Assembly (NCBI RefSeq): GCF_964355755.1
Contig: NC_092672.1
Location: forward strand, 2,356,001-2,420,000
From: Antedon mediterranea
Taxonomy: Eukaryota > Animalia > Echinodermata
Direction: 5' to 3'
Length of the DNA stretch: 64,000 nt
Under the pieces are notes generated by a model. That model did not search any database and was not told the origin of the DNA. It saw only the letters and a list, made by a program, of their open reading frames with translations. Both the position numbers and the translations under genes were made by a program. Of the stretch, positions 53,701 to 64,000 are shown in pieces (the first letter of the stretch is position 1; each line of letters opens with the position of its first letter).

Positions 53701-54939
53701 GGAGAATCCCTTAGAATCGAATTGGATATTGACACTTATCCTGTTGGGCGAAAACATCCTGAAGCATATTCAATGTGCAAAAACCCAATGCTACTTCTTA
53801 CAATCTGTATGCTATGGGAGGATAATCAAAATCTTCCTAGTGATAATACAGCTCTTTTCAAACAACTATTTCGTAGTATTTTAAATCAGTTTAACAAAAT
53901 AGAAAATTGTCAAAAGATTACTAAATTTGAAAACATTCCAGCGGAATATGTAAATTCTATGATTTTGTTAGGAAAATGTATGTATGCTAACTTGAAAGTA
54001 AATAAACTTTCAATAACTAAACAAGATTTGACTGATAAACATTCGAACACAAATATAGTTGACCTAGCCCTAAAACTTGGATTTGTTTACAAAGAAGCAC
54101 CACTTTCAAAATTTAATTGTGAAAGAATATTTATGCCTCTTCACAAATTGATCGTAGAATCATTGGTGGGATTTTACTTGTCTAAATTATTTGAAAGTGA
54201 AAATATAAAGGATGAATGCTCAGATGTAAGACAATTACTAATACCATTGGGTGATGATGAATTGGATGAAATAAAAAGCGAGTATTTCAATGTTGCCAGA
54301 CATTTTGCACTTGGTTTTCTTGATGCTGCAACTGTTGGTTATTATTTAAAGCAATATATCACAAAACATTTCCCATTAAGAATGAGAAGTAGAATTCGGA
54401 AGTTTTTTTTTGGCATTAAGATTACAGACAAGGAACGATTTATTGCGAACATTTTAGACATTAAACCTTTTGAACCTTATCGATATGTTGGTGTTAGTAT
54501 TCGGAATGTATCACGTGATGTATTTAATAACTTTCTTACAGAATTTTCTCACGAACAAGTTCAATTAGCATTAGAATATCTCGATATCTCTGGCAATAAC
54601 CTTCACAACATTGATGTTAATTCAATGTCTTCATTACTCATTATGTGTCCTAAGCTGAGGTTGCTTGACATGAGTCATTGCAATCTATCAGGTGACGTCA
54701 TCAATCACTTGGGTACAGAATGTTCTCTCAAACAAGTTCAATTGGCATTACGTTCTCTCCGTATCTCTGGTAATAACTTTCACAACATTGATGTTAATTC
54801 ATTGTCTTCATTACTCATTATGTGTCCTAAGCTGGATTGGCTTGACATGAGGCATTGCAGTCTATTAGGTGAAGTAATCAATTACTTGACCGAAGAGTGT
54901 TCAAACAGAGGCATCAATTTTTATACAGTTTATATATAA
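50673..54939 (+). CDS. NLR copy B: tandem DED-NACHT-LRR protein (~872 aa); exons 50673-50682, 50817-51320, 51816-51878, 52038-52100, 52961-54939
   Basis: Phase-1 GT-AG introns, open frame, same NACHT motifs as copy A, one fewer 59-aa LRR unit, two 63-bp linker exons. Confidence 0.9.
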
Positions 54940-57204
54940 TTATATATAAACATCACCTTTATAAAACTCGCAGAACGTAAGTGTCATTTTGGAAATTCTA
55001 AAAATGTCATGCAATCTAAAATAAATCTTCAAAAAAATCCGGAATAGATTATTTCCAAATTTATAATATTGTCTTTTTAAGGAATAATTTCAAAAGCAAA
55101 ATTTTATTTTCTCAAAAGTGTGTTCCTCTTCTCATTGCGTCGAATACGCGTACTTCATCCATATTCATCATCTTCTTCCTAGACGCGCGCGTACAATCAA
55201 AGAGAGCTAGCTAGCTCTCTGCATATCTCTGCATGCTACATACGCGTGTACAGGATATTATATTATATATATAAATACTGTATAAGTTAGGCAACAATTG
55301 TTGCTAAGTGATATTATTTTTATTTAATTACAACATGATACTGTATGGTAGGAATTGACAATTTATATTCTGTGTGTTTATATTGGTATAATTCAGTTTT
55401 TCTTAGTTTTTCTTTATTTCTTTTTTAACAAATACAGCTCAAATGACCAGTTCTTTTCCGATATTCTTGAGATAATATTTGATTTGTGGTGAATGTGCAA
55501 TGTATAAAGTCTGCATAACTGCACTGTCAGTCATTCATATGTTTTAGTGATATTGTTTTTACTTAGTTTAACATTTTACGTAGTAGATTTATTTATAATC
55601 TATTTTAAATTTGTTCATATTTTGGGGGAAATACATGTTTAATAACGATGGTGGTATATGGTATTGGCAATTTGATTTAATTCATGTCTGATAATAGACG
55701 AACATTTTTTATATTTCTTGTTTGTACAATTCATTTGAATTTGGGCAATTTGTACGATGGATGTATATATATTTTATGATAATTTAATTAATTAATGTAA
55801 GTATGTTGATAATATTAATTAGACTCTAAGTAATAAATGTGCCAAACTCTGCATGGCAAATTTCATATTGCGCTAACTTTTACTTGATGATGACAAATAA
55901 AAGTAATAATGTTGTAATACGTTGTTTATCTTTTCTTTTCTTTTGTGTGATTGAAAATAATTCATGTGATCAGAGGCAGATCCAGGGTCACATGATCTAC
56001 CCTCTCGACACTCTTTATTTTCACCGTCTAAACACGCCTTAATATGGTCGAACCAGTCAAGATCTTGGACCCCCCCCCCCACTCCCCCAAGGGATATGCT
56101 CTCCTCTCAAATCTATTATTAGCGTAATTGTTCATAAATTCTGGATCTGCGCCTGGTGATACAGTATGTATGTAGCCTAGGCCTACAGTATTTATCTGCG
56201 CCTGGTGATACAGTATGTTGGAATACAGTATTTATCACAAATAAATCTGAGACAATCATTTGCAGTGGCGGATCCAGGATTTTGAAAAAGGGGCCCAGGG
56301 CCTAAAGATAAAGTTTTCAATGGATCTATTTAAAAAAATCGTTGTCGTTTTAACATCAAATTACCCTATCACAAATTAAATACGGTCGGTACATTTTCAC
56401 AGAACACTTATTTTTATTGACGTTATACTTGTAGGCTACTGGTACTAAGATTACCATAAAGACGCCAACAGAAAAACAATATACATATTAAAGCTAGCTA
56501 CCTTCATTTTGTTTACACATCGAATTTGAATATTACAAGAATAAAACATGATTATATAAATATGAAGACAATAGTGATAGTGATGAAGAAGCTGTTTAGA
56601 TTATACATGTCACGACGAGATACTGATAGTGGTGATCACAACCACGTATATTGTGTACAATGCCAGCTACCTACTTGAATATTACAAGATTAAAACATGA
56701 ATATAATTAAATAATGAATACGATAGTTATGAAGACTGTTGAAGTTACTGAACGATGATCAACGACGTATATTTTGTACAGCAATGATGATGCAATGGTA
56801 CTAGATACATTTGATAACACTGTAAGTATTTTAAACAAATAAAAGGAAAAAATGGAAAAATATAAACATTATTATCCTGTTTGTATTTACAAATTATTAA
56901 ACAAAAGTATAAAAACTTAATAAACCGTACGCTAAGTCTTCTAAATCAGCATAATTATAAATAATTACAAAGTTTGTTTGCTCATGCAGGTATCAACAAA
57001 GCAATACCATGTATTTTCATGTGTTTACCACAAAGTGCTAATTATAATATTAAAAAACTCTAAAAGACTCAACATCTATCCACCACCTAATCAAACTGGA
57101 AGTTAAAAAAGAAATGTTATTTTTTAATAATTGCACAAATAAAGGAATGCGTTGCACTGAATGTTTCTTAATGAATAAATTGTATGTAACGCAATAAGTT
57201 ATCG
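54920..57204 (+). repeat. Duplicated 3' flank, paralogous to ~15495-18158
   Basis: Colinear and near-identical, with a few indels. Confidence 0.9.
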
Positions 57205-60200
57205 AACTAAGGCCAATGTGAATAGTGAAGCGTAACGGTGCTTCCTGAACGTTTAGGTTCGAATCTCCAGTTGCTGTTTTGATTGCTTAACAGTTGCATT
57301 TGTTAATGCATCAACCTATAAAGAAAATTTTCTTTAAAACCCAAGAACAGCAATACATACCAATCTCAAAATACGATGGCCAAAAAGAAAGGCAGAATAA
57401 CAATAATAATAATAATAATAATAAGCTTTATTTAATAACGAATACTTAACTCAACTGAAAGTTGTTTTTCAATAAATTTATCTTTATCTTATCAGTAAGA
57501 CCGTGTTTAAAGGAAAACACCAAAAAAAAAATAAATGTAAAAAGAACTTAATTACTATCAAAACAGGTAATAAAACAATTACAATGAAATAAAATGAAAC
57601 AAGGATACACTTACTAACTATAAAATTAAATAATACACTACATTTAAATAAAGCTACATGAAATTAGCAGTTAACAGTTTCTTAAAAAGAGAGACAGAGT
57701 TCACATTTTTAATATCTTCATGTAATATGGAAGTTCAATGAAGATTAGTTCAAAAATGAATTGATATATCTTCGTTTACCTTTTTTTAAAAATCTGTTTC
57801 ATTTTTAATTTACAAAAAAGGTATTATATGCATTCACATATGAATGGTTCAGTAGAATTTGTTTAAATCCTGTTCATTATTATTTGCGTACATTGCAGTG
57901 CGAACCAACATTTCAAGGACTGGATTAAGAAATGTGCAAGAGTGTCATCTACTACTGTAACTGAATGATGTTGCAGATGTCAAGACATTATAGTATTATG
58001 TTCAAATGATTCCGTGTATTTTCTGTGTAATAATTACTGTACTGTTAAATCAAGAATTCCGTATAGTGTTTCATTTATAAGGAAGTGCTAAACAAGATGT
58101 TATAATCACACGTGATATGAATACTGTTGACCTAATCGAGGGGTGCAGAAGCTGCTACGAAATCGTCAACGATTAACTATATCCAGTTTTAAACCAATAA
58201 TAAATACAAAATATGTATGTAGACATTTTATTTAATATAAACATCAATCCGGTATCTGAAATTAAGTAATTCCAAAAAATACATGTATAGCTGGCTTTTG
58301 GCTAATACTTTTATATCAATTTTAAGAATTGGCAATTTTGTTCCTGTTCATCGAGGAATAAGGCCGCCGCCTAAACATAAAACGGAAAAGAGCCAGCATT
58401 ATCTATGCAAAAACAAAACACAATACTACTAATATTACTCTTTCCAAATGTCAGTAATGCATTTCATCATTTAACTTCGGCTAACAACAATTTTAATTTT
58501 CTGCATACTTTTTTTTCTCTTCTGACTTATTGTTGTCAACATAAGTTTATATTATATCCTAAGTAAATAAAATAATTATTCAATGAAATTCATCAATGAT
58601 TTAAGATACTACATTTGCAGGGTGAAAATGTAAGCGTGTGCCTAAATCAAATGAAAGTTCCCAAATTTACCAAACCCACCACATATCGACGTGCACAGAC
58701 TGGGAATTAGGCTTACAAGTATAAGTGATTACACATCACGCCCTCATCGTAAATGTTAAATTTACACGTCACACACAGTGTTGCTATTCAGTGCATTGCC
58801 CTATTGACCATACATTTACCTCATTTACGATTTGAAAATCTGCTCATGATTTTTTGAATGATTGAACACGTCAACTTTGACAATATTTAACGTTCGTTTC
58901 CAGAAGAATGCGCCAGAGCTGTTGAATTAAATGGATTAAAGCTATTTTTTTGTTTAAAATCATCAAAATAATATTATTATTTTAACAAACCTTTAAACAA
59001 ATTGATTCAATCCATTCAAAGTCGCAACTCTTTATGGCTCTGGGTTTGTTGATGTACTACGCATGCGCATGTACGTGTGAACGGATTGTATAATTAGGGC
59101 GTTATAACGCCGTATTATTATAAAATAATTTTTTCTTTGGTGGAAATCAGCCACGGTAGAATACCCACCTAATTCAAAAAATACAATGATTATTTTTGGT
59201 GATCTTTTTCCAGAGCCTCTGAGCACTTTAAAGTTTGGATACAGATGATGTAAGAGTTGATGGACGTATCTAAAAACTGAATTGTATCTAATCCACACCT
59301 TAATTATATAAACAATGGATCTGATTGATCAAATTTTAGCACTTGATTATTTTTGTTAACTAGTATAATATTTCAATAGTAAAATTTGATTATTTAAGAT
59401 GACACCTACATCATTTAATTTTTATGATTTTTTAAAAGCATTATTCTTTTAAAATACAACTCAATTACAGTGAATTTTACAGAGCAACGAACGAACGTTA
59501 ACCTTAAAAATGCCCTGATCTCGGTAAATGGCCACTAACATTTTACAGAGCAACGTGAACGTTAACCTTAAAAATGCCCTGATCTCGGTATATGGCGACT
59601 AAATTTTTTTACAAATGTTTTCCTCTTGGCTGGATAACTTAGCATAGGCTTAAAGTTTTATGTATTATATAGGCCTATAGGTTTCCTTCCACACCTACTT
59701 TGTTTTTATTAATTGTTATCGTACGTGTTTATATAATTATTATTTTATGTATTTTTAATATAATGTGTGGAGAATATTTACTGAATATTTATTGAATATT
59801 GAATAAACGAATTGAATTGAATGTGTAGGTTCAAGTCTCAATTAAATTGGGTTGACCTAAAAAATACACACACAAATATATACACTATATACACTATATA
59901 CACTATATACACTCAATGAGATGATAGGATATCATAGCAAACAAATGCAGAATGGAATAATTACAGATTTCGAAAATTATCAAAGAATTCTTAAATTATT
60001 ATCATCCTAAGCAGAAGCCCTTTCCACGCATCAATGAAGATTAGTTTTTAAATTCAATTCACATGTATTTAGTCATTATTATTATTATTATTATTATTAA
60101 ATAAATATTATTATTTTTAATTACAATTTCAGTAGCCTATATAATTGATGGCAAAGGTCCTTCATAAAGAAGTTAACAATTCTGTTTTTGCAGGACACTT

Positions 60201-60780
60201 TTACATAAAAAGACCAAACAGGGTAATCTTCACATAATAGTAGGCCTACATTTAATATAAACGCGAAGCGGACGAACAATAGTCAATAGATTCAAATAAA
60301 TATTACCTTGAATTCGTGCGTAATAGAATACCAAGTTCAGTAATAACAACTTCCAACAAATACTTATATCGCTAAGTCAATTGTCTTCCTGTTTATGAAA
60401 TATATGGTGTTTTGGAATTGTATTGTTTTCAATTAACTATGTACCAGAAAATTATTACTAGAAAAATTGTTTATAGGCCTACCTTTTGTAGATAAGAAAT
60501 TACACTTAGCCGAAAGTGAACAAGAGATCAAGGTTCAATAACATTTTCTGTGTAATAGACCTAATTCTAACATGTATGATAGTGAAGTGTAATGGTGCTT
60601 TCTCAACGTTTAAGTTCGAATCTCTGCAGTTGCTGTTTGATGGCCTGAACAATTGCATTTTTTAATGAGTCAAACTAAAGTGAAACGTTCTTTAAAACCA
60701 AAGAAACAATAATACATTATTACCAAAAGGTTAGTCTAGGTTCTAGACTGAACTTATTAAAAAAATAAATATTTTGGTAT

Positions 60781-63700
60781 ATATGGCGTTTCATACGTAA
60801 AATACATAGGCTTGTATTTTCAGACAAAAATAAGGCAAGAGACAAACATAAAAAAGACAATAAATACAGACTTGGGACAAGTCTACCAAAACGTACTTAT
60901 CTCATTATACGATGGCCAAAAAGAAGGGCAGAATGGAATTAATTACAGAATTTCAATGAAGATTAGTTCGTTTGATTCAAAGTAGCCTACAGGTCATTAA
61001 ATATTACGAAAATCAAACAAGTATAGAATCCGACAACAGCAATGTTAACTTGGAATCATGCCAAGCCGTACATCAAATTACTCCGCTTCCCTAATACTTC
61101 TTAGTTTCATTTCATGAAAGGTTTTTAAATTGTTTTAAGATTGTATGTTTCTCTTTCTTTAATTAATAATGTTGCCAGCAATAGCCAAAAATGTAATACA
61201 AGCATTGAAACATATTAATGATTCAATAGAATTTGTTTAAATATTATTACATCTCTAAGTTGGATCACGACCACATTGACGTGCAGTTCCACGGACTTGT
61301 TTGAGAAATTCAACGTAGAATAGTAGAATTATTCATTTACTACTACATTATACTGATATATAGAAATGATAACAATTAGTTCAAAGGATTCTGTATATTA
61401 GTTCTAAGAATAATTTCTGTGAAATTTTTATGGAATATGATAGACTTCCGTGATCGTGTAGACATTGTGCAATAAGGAAGTGCGAGACGGTCATGTTATA
61501 AGCACAGATGAATAATGTTGATCTCAAACGGGAGTGGTGCAGTAGCTGCTGCGACATCATCAACAATTCCCGACATTAAATATACAATCCAGTTTTAAGC
61601 CAATAATTATGTAAGTAGACATTTTTTTAATAATATAAACATCAATCCGGCGACAGCAATCCCAAAACTATTTTATTTTAGCGGGCCTCTGACTAGCTAA
61701 TTTAATTTTAAGAAACTGAGTGTGATATGGCCTGTTCCTCAGTTCCCCGTACTTGTATGCAATGACATGTAATCATAAGAAAGAGCCAGAATTGTCACTC
61801 TAGGCCTACTAAAACAAGACACTAAATAATTAATGTTTCAAATTATATAGTAATGAATTTCATGATTAAAATTTAGCTAACAATGAATTTTCGGGTTTCT
61901 TTCTCTTTTGCTACTTAATTACATTCTTGTTAACATAAGTTTATAATCTTATCAAAAATTAAATAAAATTCATCACGAGCTGAGATAAGTTTATAATCTT
62001 ATCAAAAATTAAATAAAATTCATCACGAGCTAAGATAATACATTAGCTGGGTGTATACATGTAGAGGTCTAAATCAAATGAGAATTCCCATTTTTACAAA
62101 CAACATATCGAAATAAAATTCTCATCGTGACAGTCTTAACACCGAGGTATAAAAATAGATGGTGTAAAGAAACAATATCTAACACTACAAAATGTTTATT
62201 AATACTCTAATATGAGTGGATATATGGATGGCACTCGTGACACAGTCTTAGTTACTACCTAAAAGTCGGTAGGAATATTTTAAGTCAAAAGTCTCACCAT
62301 AAGTGGCACGTTTCATAATCAATTCGTTTTCATCAGACATTCCACATAATGGTAGTTGCTTATGGTATCACTGTGTAGGCCTAAGATTCAACATTTAGTC
62401 CCGCGAAAGATAGTCAATGCATAAAGTCATATGTTCACAAACAGCACCAAAACTTCAAATAAACATCATCGGATCAAACACACCTCCGTTAAGCGCGCAG
62501 ACACTTTACATCGTATGCCCCTTTATCAATAATACCCAGAGAGGGTTATAGAGTTTGGTATCAGAATCATGTAATTTGATGTTCTGTAAAAGTTTTTCTC
62601 GATCCATAATCCCGATATCATACGGTTACCATGATGATTGTGCATCAATGTCAAAAACATGAAATATTTTTATAAAAAAACTGTATTTATGTAGTGATAG
62701 ACATCAGGCCATTCATCTTGAATGTTACATTATTCAGCATATCGTTGTTTTCTAAAGTACAGGAATTGTCCTAAATTCAAAAATTCTATTTTTCAGAAAG
62801 GAAGATAAAAACTGAATTGACAATATGGCGACAGGTAATAAACATAAATGGTGTTTTTGTATTGCATTGAGAAGAACAATTTTAAAATGTTTTTTCTAAT
62901 CTTCTCTTTTTCCCACTTTTTAATTTTTTTAGAAATAGATTTTAATGTGGACTTAGTGAACTTTTCAGAATGGTATGATAAAAACAACCTCGTAAGACAG
63001 CTAAAGGTTTTATACCACGATTTAATTTCAGTAGCAGACATAGACAAAGCCAACACAACGATAGATCTACTGGATGCATTGAGGAAAACAGGACGTTTAA
63101 GCCGAGGCAATCTGGAGTTACTTTATGAAACGATAAAAATAACACAAACGTTTGGAGCTATCAAAGTTTTTCAACAATCTTTCTTCGAAGTTCAAGAAAT
63201 ACAAATTATTAATTTCACCCCATATCGACACTGGATTGCAGATTTTGGAAACGAACTACGAAAGGCTGCTGTTAAGAAAATTGATGCACTCTTCAACAAT
63301 CCTTTAAAGAATTATGAAGACTCGTGGAGTATGATTATAGACTTGGAACAAAGACAAATACTTTGTGAAGAAAGAAAAGAAGGGTTTATTAACATTCTTA
63401 ACAGAATTGGACTGGCATCAACGATGAAATGCCTGGCACAAGGTATGTAACAGGAACGTGTTAGCAAACAAATAATTAATTGGAGAAGATTATAAAAATA
63501 GCCTATAATATGTGTAAAACATTCACTACGTAACAATTATTGTATATTTGTATTTTTTCTTGTTTGTTATTTAACAGAGGAAGTGCCGAGAAGTAGTAGT
63601 AGTGACACAAGAATGCAAACAGAGGAAGGTAACTATAGTTATACTGTTATGTAGGACATTAGAGTCAAAATGATTTTATTGGTGAAATCAAACTAGAGAA

Positions 63701-64000
63701 ATTAGTAATAGATTGATAAATTAAATGAAATAAAATTAGTGATTTGAAATGTAATTATGGAAAGCGAAATAAACCCAAAATAATTCAATTTACCAATTCA
63801 TTTTTTAAACTCAAACCATAATGTTGTGCAGTTCAACAAAATCTCAATTCACTTTTAACATCCGGTGACGTCCTAGGCAACAAAAGGTAAATTAAATGTT
63901 AAGAAGGCAAACTACGCATACAATAACCCTTCTTCTATTCCTTATGTTATAATAATGTTTTATCATCAGTATTCTTTAAAGTTAAAACAATATGCATACC
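60781..64000 (+). repeat. Duplication of 9673-12880 (offset 51120 over most of its length)
   Basis: Almost base-identical from ~61200 onward, introns included. Confidence 0.95.
62825..64000 (+). CDS. NLR copy C, 5' part (exons 62825-62834, 62939-63442, 63578-63628); NACHT exon lies beyond the window
   Basis: Coding exons identical to copy A. Confidence 0.85.

Overview
AT-rich, intron-containing animal DNA; a marine invertebrate, possibly an echinoderm (inference only). The window holds a tandem cluster of NLR-type immune receptor genes with tandem DED-NACHT-LRR architecture: two complete copies (11705-15477, 50673-54939), a third cut by the window end (from 62825), plus remnants. Between the first two copies lies a frameshifted 5' piece of an FHAD1-like gene on the minus strand. 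Its roughly 24 kb putative first intron is filled by transposons nested six deep. At the centre, inside a Mag-type Gypsy LTR retrotransposon, is an apparently intact 5.7 kb RAG1-related (Chapaev/N-RAG-TP-like) DNA transposon (35684-41401, 4-bp TSD GGTC). It has a 10-exon transposase gene (~947 aa: RAG1-type N-terminal Zn domain, RING, GRP motif, DDE core) and asymmetric bipartite ends resembling V(D)J signals (CACGGCA-12 bp-ACAAAAAGT and CACGGCA-21 bp-ACACAAAGT). No RAG2-like gene is visible. All gene models and alignments were made by eye.
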